Positions 38,532-50,900 of a stretch of 64,000 nucleotides of DNA are shown piece by piece. Under the pieces are notes generated by a model that worked only from the letters and a program-made list of their open reading frames with translations, was not told the DNA's origin and did not search any database. The stretch is taken from assembly GCF_963921235.1 (NCBI RefSeq), contig NC_086097.1, positions 33,048,001 through 33,112,000 on the forward strand, in the 5' to 3' direction. The translations under genes and the position numbers were made by a program. The first letter of the stretch is position 1. Each line of letters opens with the position of its first letter. This stretch comes from Mobula hypostoma. Its lineage: Eukaryota.

Positions 38532-41500
38532 ATGCCTACACCGAAGAAGTTTAGATCCTCTCTTCGACGGGAGTTCAGTGAAACCATCTCTCACTGCTCC
38601 CCATCTGTAATTTCTTCGGCTCTTCAACTTTTCGACCACACTTTGACTCAAACTCGCTATCACAGCCATATATCCTTTCTTGGAACGTGCCTCCGTCGCC
38701 AACTTACTCCAGTTGGCTTTAGGATTCGTTTCCAAGCCTTTCAATTTGGACCTTCTGAGGATCCCAGGTACTCACATTTTATTGACTCTGCCTCTCGCCG
38801 CTTCTCCCGTCAAGCTCTGAAGGCGACGCTCTCCACCATGAGGAGGTACTTGGTGTCCCTATCCCAGACCCTTCCACACCTTCGGGACACTTTCTTCGCC
38901 GTCTGTAATGGTCCTACCCATTATTTCATCCTCCGTCGGATTCACGCCTGCAATCGCCGTTTTTTTGACTTTGTCATGTTAGGCAAAGATCGCAAGATCT
39001 TACATCTACGGACTCCAGAGCCTGCCGGCCCCGACGCTAGCAGGCATGAACTTTCAATTGCGGCCTCTGCCATTGATCTCGGCGGCTCCAACACCTCAGG
39101 ACATATTCAAAACACGGACTCCAGCAACGACCATGGACACCTTCACAGCGATTGCGCAACCACCAACTGCAACTCCAGCCTTGAACTCCAGGCCGGGTCT
39201 TTATGTGCTGCTGTTGTGACTCCCGTCTCCCCTTCCCCCACCAATACTCTGCAATCCCATCTCCCTTAGATCCCACCGTCAGCTCCTGGGCCCTCAGAGG
39301 CTCCATCTTCCTCTCACCCCAACCCTCCCCTCTCCATTGACACCCCCAGCCTCCCCCCTCCCACCTCTGATCCCAGCTCTCATACGTGCCGGGTCTTTAC
39401 CATCCCCTCCGACCTTCAACTGTCGGAGGCAGAACGCTCTGTTCTCAGTAAGGGCCTCACCTTTGTCCCCCTTCGCCCACACCTCAGTGAGTTCCGTGTT
39501 CGCCATGATGCGGAACTTTTCTTCCGCCGTCTCCGTCTCCGAGCCTACTTCTTCGGCAAGGACTCTTCCACCCCCACCGATGACCCCTTCTCCCGTCTTC
39601 AACCCTCCTCTTCTTCATGGACACCCCGCTCTGGTCTTCTGCCTGCTGTGGATCTCTTTATTGCCAACTGCCGATGGGACATCAACCGTCTCGACTTCAC
39701 CACACCTTGTCCCCATTCCAACCTCACTCCTTCGGAACGCTCTGCTCTCCACTCCCTCCGCACTAATCCTAACCTTATTATTAAACCCGCTGATAAGGGG
39801 GGTGCTGTTGTAGTCTGGCGTACTGACTTCTACCTTGCCGAGGCACAGCGACAACTCGCGGATACGTCCTCTTATTTACCCCTCGATCGTGACCCCACTA
39901 AGGAGCACCAGGCCATTGTCTCCCACACTATCACCGACTTTATCCGCTCAGGGGATCTCCCATCCACTGCTACCAACCTTATAGTTCCCACACCCCGCAC
40001 TTCCCGTTTCTACCTCCTACCCAAGATCCACAAACCTGCCTGTCCTGGCCGACCTATTGTCTCAGCTTGCTCCTGCCCCACCGAACTCGTTTCTGCATAC
40101 CTCGACACTGTTTTATCACCCCTTGTTCAATCCCTTCCGACCTATGTTCGTGACACTTCTCACGCTCTTAAACTTTTCGATGATTTTAAGTTCCCTGGCC
40201 CCCACCGCTTTATTTTCACCATGGATGTCCAGTCCTTATATACTTCCATCCCCCAACAGGAAGGTCTCAAAGCTCTACGCTTCTTTTTGGATTCCAGACC
40301 TAATCAGTTCTCCTCTACCACCACTCTGCTCCGTCTAGCGGAATTAGTCCTTACTCTTAATAATTTCTCCTTTTGCTCCTCCCATTTCCTCCAAACTAAA
40401 GGTGTAGCTATGGGCACCCGTATGGGTCCTAGCTATGCCTGCCTTTTTGTTGGGTTTGTGGAACAATCTATGTTCCGTGCCTATTCTGGTATCTGTCCCC
40501 CACTTTTCCTTCGCTACATCGACGACTGCATTGGCGCTGCTTCCTGCACACATGCAGAACTCGTTGACTTTATTAACTTTGCCTCCAACTTTCACCCTGC
40601 CCTCAAGTTTACCTGGTCCATTTCCGACACCTCCCTCCCCTTTCTAGATCTTTCTGTCTCTGTCTCTGGAGACAGCTTATCCACTGATGTCTACTATAAG
40701 CCTACTGACTCTCACAACTATCTGGACTATTCCTCTTCTCACCCTGTCTCTTGCAAAAACGCCATCCCCTTCTCGCAATTCCTCCGTCTCCGCCGCATCT
40801 GCTCTCAGGATGAGGCTTTTCATTCTAGGACGAGGGAGATGTCTTCATTTTTTAAAGAAAGGGGCTTCCCTTCCTCCACTATCAACTCTGCTCTTAAACG
40901 CATCTCCCCCATTTCACGTACATCTGCTCTCACTCCATCCTCCCACCACCCCACTAGGAATAGGGTTCCCCTGGTCCTCACCTACCACCTCACCAGCCTC
41001 CGGGTCCAACATATTATTCTCCGTAACTTCCGCCACCTCCAACGGGATCCCACCACTAAGCACATCTTTCCCTCCCCCGCTCTCTCTGCATTCCGCAGGG
41101 ATCGCTCCCTACACAACTCCCTTGTCTATTCGTCCCCCCCATCCCTCCCCACTGATCTCCCTCCTGGCACTTATCTGTGTAAGCGGAACAAGTGCTACAC
41201 ATGCCCTTACACTTCCTCCCTTACCACCATTCAGGGCCCCAAACAGTCCTTCCAGGTGAGGCATCACTTCACCTGTGAGTCGACTGGGGTGATATACTGC
41301 GTCTGGTGCTCCCGATGTGGCCTTTTATATATTGGTGAGACCCGACGCAGACTGGGAGACCGCTTTGCTGAACATCTACGCTCTGTCTGCCAGAGAAAGC
41401 AGGATCTCCCAGTAGCCACACATTTTAATTCCACATCCCATTCCCATTCTGACATGTCTATCCACGGCCTCCTCTACTGTAAAGATGAAGCCACACTCAG

Positions 41501-41582
41501 GTTGGAGGAACAACACCTTATATTCCGTCTGGGTAGCCTCCAACCTGATGGCATGAACATTGACTTCTCTAACTTCCGCTAA
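38532..41582 (+). pseudogene. Full-length PLE ORF (about 1016 codons) with one premature stop
   Basis: Track ORFs 38469-39269 and 39648-41582 are in the same frame. The TAG at 39267-39269 corresponds to CAG (Gln) in copy 1. The N-terminus reads MPTPKKFRSS...HISFLGTCLRRQLTPVGF. Confidence 0.9.
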
Positions 41583-41877
41583 TGCCCCACCTCCCCCTCG
41601 TACCCCATCTGTTACTCATTTTTATGCATACATTCTTTCTCTCACTCTCCTTTTTCTCCCTCTGTCCCTCTGAATATACCTCTTGCCCATCCTCTGGGTC
41701 ACTCCCCCCCCTTGTCTTTCTTCCCGGACCTCCTGTCCCATGATCCTCTTGTATCCCCTTTTGCCTATCACCTGTCCAGCTCTTGGCTCTATCCCTCCCC
41801 CTCCTGTCTTCTCCTATCATTTTGCATCTCCCCCTCCCCCTCCAGCTTTCAAATCCCTTACTCACTCTTCCTTCAGT

Positions 41878-41915
41878 TAGTCCTGACGAAGGGTCTCGGC
41901 CTGAAACGTCGACTG
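41878..41915 (+). ncRNA. Minimal type I hammerhead ribozyme in PLE copy 2
   Basis: Identical to the copy 1 motif: CTGACGA at 41883-41889, GAAA at 41903-41906, GTC ending at 41910. Confidence 0.85.
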
Positions 41916-44900
41916 CACCTCTTCCTATAGATGCTGCTTGGCCTGCTGCGTTCACCAGCAACTTTGATGTATGTTGCTTGAATTTCCAGCATCTGCAGAA
42001 TTCCTGTTTTTTTCCTGTTCAAAAGTGATGGGTTGCACCTGAACCCAAGAGGAACCAATGTTCTCACGAGCTGGTTTGTTAGAGCTTTTGGGGAGGATTT
42101 AAACTAATTTGGTAGGGGGATAGGAAACAGAGTGAAGCGACTCAGGATAGGACAGATAGTGAAAAAGCAAAGCTAGCATGCAGTTAGAGTGTCAGGAGGG
42201 GCAGGCAGATGATAGGACACAATTGCAGCTAGCCAGGTGAGTATCAGTGCATTAGCAATGCAGAATCGAAAAGGGTAGCAAATGTGGCACTCAAAGTGTT
42301 ATCTCAATGAACAGAGTATAAAAAATAACGTGGATGACCTTGTTGCACTATTACAGATTGTCAGGTATGATGTGGTAATCATCACTGAATTGTGACTGAA
42401 GGAAGTTGTAGTTGGGAGCTGAATGTCCAAGGTTACACATTGTATCGGAGGGATAGGAAGGTTGGCAGAGGGGGTGGCGTGGCTCTGCTGGTAAAGAATG
42501 GCATCAAATCGGTAGGAAAAGGTGACATAGGATCAGAAGATGTTGAATCCTTGTGGGTTGAGCTAAGAAACTGCAAGGTAAAAAGGACCCTGATGGCAGT
42601 TATATATACAGGCCTCCCAACAGTAGCTGGGATGTGGACCACAGATTACAACAGGAAATGAAAAAGGTGTGTCAAAAGGGCAATGTTGTGATAGTCATGG
42701 GAGATTTCAACATGCAGGTTGATTGGGAAAATCAGGTTGACGGTGAGTTTATTGAATGCCTACGAGATGGCTCTTGGAGCAGTTTGTCATTGAGCCTACT
42801 TGGGGATCAGCTATACTGAATTGGGTGTTATGTAATGAACTGGAAGTGATTAAGGAGCTTAAGGTAAAAGAACCCTGAGGAGAGAGTGAACACAATATGA
42901 TTGAGCTCAACTTGAAATTTGATAGAGAGAAAGTAAAGTCTGACATAGCAGTATTTCAGTGGAGTAAAGGAAACTACAGTGGTATGAGAAAGTAGTTAGC
43001 CAAAGAAAATTGGAAGGAGAAGCTGACAGGGATGTCAGCAGAGCAGCAGTGGCGTGAGTTTCTAGGGAAAATGAGGGAAGTGCAGGGTAAGTGTATCAAA
43101 AAAATAAAGAAATACTTAAATGGCAGAATAGTATAACGATGGCTGACAAGGGGAGTCAAACTAATGCAAAAGCAAAAGAGAGGACATACTTCAAAGCAAA
43201 AGTTAGTGGGAAGACAGAGGATTGGGAAGCTTTTAAAAACCTACAGAGAGCAACTGAAAGAATCATTAGGAGGGAAAAGATGAAATATGTAATCAAGCTA
43301 GCAAACTATCAAAGTGGATAGTAAAAGCTTTTTCAAGTATGCAAAAAATAAAAGAGAAAAGAGAGTTGATAAAGGACCACTAGAAAATGACCCTGAGAAA
43401 TAATAACAGGGGACAAGTAGATGGCAGATGAACTAAATGAGTATTTTGTATCAGGCTTCACTGTGGAAGACACTCGCAGTGTGCCAGGTGTTGAAGGATG
43501 TAAGTGAAGACAAGTGAGTGCAGTTACTATAACCAGGGAGAAGAATCTCAAAAAACTGAAAGACCTAAGGGTACCTAAGTCACCCAGACCAGATGAACTG
43601 CACCCTAGGGTTCTGAAAGAGGTAGCAGTAGATATTGTGGAGGCATTAGTAATGATCTTTCAAAAATCATTGGACCCTGGCATGGTGCCAGAGGACTGGA
43701 AAATTGCAAATGTTACTCTACTCTTTAAGAAAGGAGGAAGGCAGCAGAAAGGAAATTATAGGCTAGTTAGCCTGACCTCAGTGGTTGGGAAGATGTAAAA
43801 GTCAGTTGTTAAGGATGAGGTGATGGAGTACTTGGTGACACAGGGCAAGATAAGACAAAGTCAGCATGGTTTCCTTAAGGGAAAATCTTGCCTTACAAAC
43901 CTGTTGGAATTCTTTCAGGAAGTTATATGTAGGACAGATAAAGGGGATGCAGTGGATATTGTATATTTGGACTTTCAGAAGGCCTTTAATAAAGTGCCAA
44001 ACATGAGGCTGTTTATCAAGTTAAGACCCCATAGTATTACAGGATACTTAGTGACATGGTTAGAGCACTTGCTGATTGATAGCAGGCGAGTAAGTGGGTA
44101 TAAAAGGATCCTTTTCTGGTTGGCTGCCATTGACTAATGGTGTTCTGCAGGGGTCAGTGTTGGGACTGCTTCTTTTTATGCTGTATATCAATGATTTAGA
44201 TGATGGAACGGGTGGCTTTGTTGCCAAGTTTGTAGATGATACAAAGATTGGTGGTGGAGCAGGTAGGAAACAGGTAGGTTGCGGAAGGACTTGGATCAGG
44301 AGACAGAGGAAGAAAGTGGGAAATGAAATACAATGTTGGAAAATGCACAGTCATGCACTTTGGTTGTAGAAATAAATGTGCAGTCTATTTTCTAAATGGG
44401 GAGAAAATCGAAAAACGTGAGATGCAAAGGGACTTGGGATTCCTTGTGCAAAACACCCTAAAGGTTAACTTACAGGTAGTGTCAGTGGTGAGGAAAGCAA
44501 ATGCAGTGTTGGCATTCATTTCAAGAGAATACAAGAGCAAAAATGTGATGCTGAGGCTTTATAAGGCACTGGTGAAGCCTCACCTTTAGTACTGTGAACA
44601 GTTTTGGGGTCCTCATCTAAGAAAAGATGTCTGGCATTGGAGAGGGTTCAGAGGAGGTTCATAAGGATGATTCCTGGATTGAAAGGGTTATCATACAAGG
44701 AACGTTTGATGGTTCTGGGTCTGTACCTGCTGGAATTTAGAAGGATAGGGGATCTCATTTAAACCTTTCAAAGGTTGAAAGGCCTAGACAGAGTAGATGT
44801 GGATAGGATGTTTCCCCTTGGTGGTGGCGTCTAGGACAAAAGAGCAGAGCCTCAGGATAGAGGGGAGTCCATTTAAAACAGATGCAGAGAAGTTTCTTTA

Positions 44901-45574
44901 GCCAGAGGGTGGTAAATTCATGGAATTTATTATCACAGGCAGCTGTGGAGGCCAGGTCGTTGGGTGCATTTAAGGCAGAGCTTGATAGGTTTTTGATTGG
45001 ACATGGCAACAAAGTTTAGTGGGAGAAGGCTGAAGAGTGCTGCTGAGGAGGGGAGAAAAGGATCATGGCAAAGCAGAGTTGATGGGCCAAATGGCCTAAT
45101 TCTGCGCCTATGTCTTATGGTCTTAAATGTTAGGTCCAGTCAGGGTGGTTTCAGTATCTCAGAAACTGCTGATCTCTTAGTATTTTCATGTACAGCAATC
45201 TCTAGATTACAGAGAATAGTGTTTAAAAAAAACATCCAGTGAACGGCAGTACTGTGGGTGAAATCGCTGTCGGAGGAGAATGGCCAGACTGGTTCAAGCT
45301 GACAGGAAGGCGACTGTAATTGAGAAAACCATGTGTAACAACAGTGATGTGCAGAAGAGCATTTCTAAATGCACAACATGTCGAACAATGTTTCAAAGGT
45401 TCATTTTATTGTCAAAGTATGCATGCACAATACAATTTTGGTATTCACCTTCTCCAGATAGCTTGGAGCTGTTGAAAGAAAAGACATCAACTCCCTCCCC
45501 CCCAGCACAAAAAAGAAATAGAGGCAAAACTCACAAACCCCAAAATGCCCTTCCACTCCCTCAAAGAAAAAAAA

Positions 45575-45941
45575 CAGCAACAATAGCATCAAATCCCCAA
45601 CACCCCCCACTCGCAGAAAAGAACAGCAACAATAGCATCAAATCCCCAATGCCCCCCACTCGCAGAAAAGAACAGCAACAATAGCATCAAATCCCCAACG
45701 CCCCCCACTTGCAGAAAAGAACAGTAACAATAGCATCAAATCCCCAATGCCCCCCACTCGCAGAAAAGAACAGCAACAATAGCATCAAATCCCCAACGCC
45801 CCCCACTTGCAGAAAAGAACAGTAACAATAGCATCAAATCCCCAATGCCCCCCACTTGCAGAAAAGAACAGCAACAATAGCATCAAATCCCCAACGCCCC
45901 CACTCGCAGAAAAGAACAGCGACAATAGCATCAAATCCCCA
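45575..45941. repeat. 49-bp minisatellite, about 7.5 copies
   Basis: The unit cagcaacaatagcatcaaatccccaatgccccccactcgcagaaaagaa starts at 45575, 45624, 45673, 45722, 45771, 45820, 45869 and 45917. Confidence 0.97.
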
Positions 45942-46119
45942 TCCTTCCCCACATAAAAGCTAACAGATTGCTCACCCAGAAAAACACCAAGAAGAAAAGA
46001 CCCCAAATCCCCAACCTGTCCCTCTCACAAAAACAAAAGTATTGCCCACTGACCAATTGGCCACAGGAAAGAAAACACTGAAAAACTGATGGAGACCAAT
46101 GTAAAGTACAGTCCAATGA

Positions 46120-47330
46120 TCATCAGAATCAGGTTTATTATCACCAGCATGTGACATGAAATTTGTTAACTTAGCAGCAACAATTCAATGCAATATATTA
46201 TTTAGCAGAGAAAAAAATAATAATAATAATAAATAAATAAGTCAATTACGTACATTGAATAGATTAAAAAAAGACGTGCAGAAACAGAAATACTGTATAT
46301 TTTTTAAAAAGTGAGGTAGTGTCCAAAGATTCAATGTCCATTTAGGAAACGATTGGCAGAGGGAAAGAAGCTGTTCCTGAATCGCTGAGTGTGTGCCTTC
46401 AGGCTTCTGTACCTCCTACCTGATGGTAACAGTGAGAAAAGGGCATGCCCTGGGTGCTGGAGGTCCTTAATAATGGACGCTGCTTTTCTGAGACACTGCT
46501 CCCTGAAGATGTCCTGGGTACTTTGTATTACCCAAGATGGAGCTGACTAGATTTACAACCTTCAGCAGCTTCTTTCGGTCCTGTGAAGTAGCCCCTCCAT
46601 ACCAGACAGTGATGCAGCCTGTCAGAATGCTCTCCACGGGACAACTATTGAAGTTTTTAAGTGTATTTGTTGACATGCCAAATCTCTTCAAACTCTATTC
46701 TAATAAAGTAAAGCTGCTGTCTTGCCCTCTTTATAACTACATAGTTATGTTGAGACCAGGTTAGATCCTCAGAGATCTTGACACCCAGGAACTTGAAGCT
46801 GCTCACTCTCTCCATTTCTGATCCCTCTATGAGGATTGGTATGTGTTCCTTCATCTTACCTTTCCTGAAGTCCACAATCAGCTCTTTCGTCTTACTGACG
46901 TTGAGTGCCAGGTTGTTGCTGTGGCACCACTCCACTAGTTGGCATATCTCACTCCTGTATACCCTCTCGTCACCACCTGAGATTCTACCAACAATGGTAA
47001 TGTCATCAGCAAATTTATAGATGGCACTTCAGCTATGCCTAGCCACATGGTCATGTGTGTATAGAGAGTAGAGCAATGGGCTAAGCACACACTCCTGAGG
47101 TGCGCCAGTGTTGATCATCAGCGAGGAGGAGATGTTATCACCAATCTGCACAGATTGTGGTCTTCCGCTTAGGGAGTCAAGGATCCAATTGCAGAGGGAG
47201 GTACAGAGGCCCAGGTTCTGCGATTTCTCAATCAGGATTGTGGGAATGATGGTATTAAATGCTGAACTGTAGTCAATGAACAGCATCCTGACATAAGTGT
47301 TTGTGTAGTCCAGATGGTCTTAAGCCGTGT
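46120..47330 (-). mobile_element. Rex1/Babar LINE RT and 3' region
   Basis: [49 protein letters not shown] and FKFLGV. Confidence 0.9.
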
Positions 47331-47929
47331 GGTGAGGTGATTGGGCTGCAGCAGCAGAAGACCATGAACATACTCGGTATGGTCACTTTATTAGGTATAA
47401 GAGGTAGCCACTGAGTGTACATTGAAATACATCATTTAATTTAACAAGCAATGCAACCTAAGGATATGTGGGGCAGCCTGCAACTGTTGACACATATTCC
47501 AGCACCAACATAGCATGCCCATCATATTCAGCAGAACAACACAAACAACAAAACAAAACAAGACAGCAGCCTTGCTGACTACTTGATTAACTACTCTACA
47601 TTCATTTCCAAACTCTCTTATCTCTTTTCCATACTGAGTTGATTTGAATATATAAAGTCATGAAGCATAGAAACAAGTGTTTTGGCCCACCATATCAATG
47701 CCAACCCTCATGCCCATCTACTACTTTATTGTTGTTACTGTGCCTGCCTGCCTCTGGCAGCTCATTCTAGGGACCAACACTTAGTGTGAAGAAGTTGCCC
47801 CTTATATCCCTTTTGAACTTTCTCCCTCTCACCATAAACCTATGCCCTCTGATTTAGGCAAATATACCTTGGGAAAACAAAATTGGTTATCTGCCTTTCA
47901 CGTCAACTGTCAGCCAATTTGGGAAAAAA

Positions 47930-50900
47930 GACCATAAGTCTGTAAAATGTAGGAATGGGAATAGGGCATTTGGCCCATCGAGTGTGCACTGCCGTTCAAT
48001 ATGGCTGATCCTTTTTTCCCCTCTTCAGCACACCTTTTCTAAGATGAGGAGCCAAAACTGTTCACAGTACTCAAGGAGATGTCTCACCAGTGCCGTTTAA
48101 AGCCTCAGCATCACATCCCTGTTCTTGTATTCTAGACCTCTTGAAATAAATGCTGACATTGCATTTGCCTTCCTCACAACCTGCAAATTAACCTTTAGAT
48201 TGTTCTGCACAAGGACTCACAAGTCCCTTTGCTTCACAGAATGTTGTATTTTCTCCCCATTTAAAAAAGACTGCACATTTATTTCTACTACCAAAATGTG
48301 TGACCATGTATTTTCCAACATCGTATTTCATTTGCTGCTTTCTCACTCTGTCACCTGATCTAAGTCCTTTTTCAGCCTACCTGTTTCCTCAACATTATCT
48401 GCCCCCTGTCCCTCCACCAATCTTTGTATCATCTGCAAACTTGACAACAAAGCCATCTGTTCCATCATCTAAATCATTGATATACAGCATAAAAAGCAGC
48501 GGTCCCAACACCAACTCCTGTGTAGTCACTGGCAGCCAACCAGAAAAGGATCCTTTTTTTCCTGCTCACCCTCTCCTACTAATCAGCAAATGCTCTAACT
48601 ATGCCAGTAACTTTCCTATAATACCATGGGCTCTTAACTTGATAAGCAGCCTTATCAAAGCACTTTATCAAAGGCCTTCTGAAAGTCCAAATATACAACA
48701 TCCACTACATGCCCTTTATCTATCCTACTTGTAATCTCCTCAGAGAATTCCAACAGGTTTGTAAGGCAAGAGTTTCCCTTAAGAAAATCATGCTGACTTT
48801 GTCCTTTCTTGTCCTGTGTCACCAAGTACTCCATAGCCTCATCCCTAACAGTTGACTCCAACATCTTCCCAACCACTGAAGTCAGGCTAATTGGTCTATA
48901 ATTTCCTTTCTGCTGCCTCCTTCCTTTCTTAAAGAGTGGAGTGACATTTGCAACTTTCCAGTCCGCTGGCACCATGCCAATGATTTTTGAAAGATCATTT
49001 CTAGTTCTCCACAGTTTCTACCACTACCTCCTTCAGAACCCTAGGGTGCACTTCTGGTCCGGGTAATTTATGTACCCCTAGGTCTTACAGCTTTTTGAGC
49101 ACCTTCTCCCTTGTTATTGTAATTGCATGCACTTCTCTCCCCTCACACTCTTCAGCATCTGGCACACTGCTAATGTCTTCCACAGTGAAGCCTGATGCAA
49201 AATACTCACTTAGTTCATCTGCCATCTACTTGTCCCCTGTTATTATTTCTCCCAGCCTCATTTTCTAGCGGTCCTATATCCACTCTCATCTCTCTTTCAT
49301 TTTTTTACATACTTGAAAAAGATTTTTCTACCCACTTTGATATTGTTTGCTAGCTTGCTTTCATGTTTCATTTCTTCCCTTCTAATGATTCTTTTAGTTG
49401 CTCTCTCTAGATTTTTAAAAGTTTCCCAATCCTCCATCTTTCCACTAATTTTTGTTTTGTTTTATACCCACTCTTTTATTTTTACATTAGCTTTGACAAC
49501 CCTTGTCAGCCAGGGTTGGACTATTTTGCCCTTTGAGTATTTCTTCATTTTTGGAATACACCTATCTTGTTACTTCCTCATTTTTCCCAGAAGCACATGC
49601 CACTGCTACTCTGCAGTAATCCGTGCCAGCATCTCCTTCCAATTTACTTCGACCAACTCCTCTCTGATACCACAGTAATTTCCTTTACTCTATTGAGATA
49701 CTGCTACGTCAGACTTTTCTTTCTCCCTATCAAATTTCAAGTTCAACTCAATCTTTCAAAAATCATTAGACTCTGGCATGGTGCCAGATGACTGAAAATT
49801 GAAAATGTTACTCCACTTTAAGAAAGAAGGAAGGCAGCAGAAATTAAATTATAGACCAGTTAGCCGGACCTCAGTGGTTGGGAAGATGTTAGAGTCAATT
49901 GTTAAGGGTGAGGTGATGGAGTACTTGATGACACAGGACAAGATAGTACAAAGTCAGCATGGTTTCCTTCAGGGAAAATCCTGCCAGATGAACCTGGTGA
50001 AATTCTTTGAGGAGATTACAAGTAGGATAGATAAAGGGCATGTAGTGGATGTTGTATATTTGGACTTCCAGAAGGCCTTTGATAAGGTGCCAAACAAGAG
50101 GCTGCTTATCAAGTTAAGACCCCAGGGTATTACAGGAAAATTACTAACGTGGTTAGAGCAACAGCTGATTGGTAGGAGGCAGCGAGTGGGAATAAATGAA
50201 TCCTTTTCTGGTCGGCTGCCAGTGACTAGTCGTGTTCCGCAGGGGATGGTGTTGGGACCACTTCTTTTTATGCTGTATATAAATGATTTAGATGATGGAA
50301 CAGATGGCTTTGTTTCCAGATTTGCAGATGATACGAAGATTGATGGAGGGGCAGGTAGTGTATAGGAAACAGGTAGGATGCAGAAGGACTTAGACAGATT
50401 AGGAGAATGGGCAAGAAAGTGGCAAATGAAATACAATGGTGGAAAATGCATGGTTATGCACTTTGGTAGTGGAAATAAATGTGCGAAAATATAGGTATCT
50501 GAGATGCAGGGGGACTTGGGAGTCCTTGTGCAGAACACCCTGAAGGTTAATTTGAAGGTTGGGTCGGTGGTGAGGAAGGCAAATGCCATGTTAGCATTCA
50601 TTTCAAGAGGTCTTGAATATAAGAGCAAGGATGTGACGCTGAGGCTTTATAAGACACTGGTGAGGCCTCACCTTGAGTATTGTAAACAGTTTTGGGCCCA
50701 TCATCTTAGAAAAGATGTGCTGGCGTTGGGGAGGGTCCAGAGGTGGCTCACAAGGATGATTCCAGGAATGCCAGGGTTATCATAGAGGAACGTCGGATGG
50801 CTGTGAGTCTGAACTCACTGGAATTTAGAAGGATGGCGGGGGGGGGGGTGTTCTCATTGAAACCTTTTGAATGTTGAAAGGCTTAGACACAGTAGATGTG

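Larger units (their letters stand above)
38481..42013 (+). mobile_element. Penelope-like retroelement (Neptune-type), copy 2; one full unit length, inserted in a CR1
   Basis: 8-bp TSD cctgttca (38473-38480 and 42014-42021). Near-identical to copy 1 over the shared region. Removing it restores the CR1 ORF1 sequence gacctgttca-aaagtgatgggttgcacctg. Confidence 0.95.
38004..45124 (+). mobile_element. CR1 LINE (ORF1 esterase part plus ORF2 APE-RT, decayed), interrupted by PLE copy 2
   Basis: ORF1 motifs VVIRGLSS/GDS-like and VHIGTN. ORF2 motifs RRDRKVGRGGGVALLVK, MGDFN, GNYRLVSLTSVVGKM, QHGFLKGKSCLTNL, YLDFQKAF, GVLQGSVLG and KFVDDTK. The 3' tail is cctaattctgcgcctatgtcttatggtctt. Confidence 0.92.
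37826..47417 (+). mobile_element. Internally deleted Tc1-like element split into three pieces (about 37826-38003, 45125-45387 and 47330-47417) by later insertions
   Basis: The HTH-region peptide GKKYDPNDFDHEM continues after the CR1 as GGFSISETADLL and MARLVQADRKATV...VQKSISKCTTCRT. The right end gtagccactgagtg is followed by TA (47418-47419). The left TA is at 37824-37825 and the left TIR is degenerate. Confidence 0.75.

Noticed and set aside
39267..39269. In-frame stop in the PLE ORF as programmed readthrough or selenocysteine
   Set aside because: It is TAG, not TGA, and copy 1 has CAG at this position, so it is an ordinary nonsense mutation.
24531..42013. Possible assembly duplication of the RT gene
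   Set aside because: The two copies have distinct TSDs, 5' endpoints, flanks and point differences.
45575..45941. Regularly spaced repeats resembling a CRISPR array
   Set aside because: The units are head-to-tail with no unique spacers, the context is eukaryotic, and there are no cas genes. It is a minisatellite.
49969..50628. 219-aa minus-strand ORF
   Set aside because: It is the antisense shadow of CR1 reverse transcriptase.
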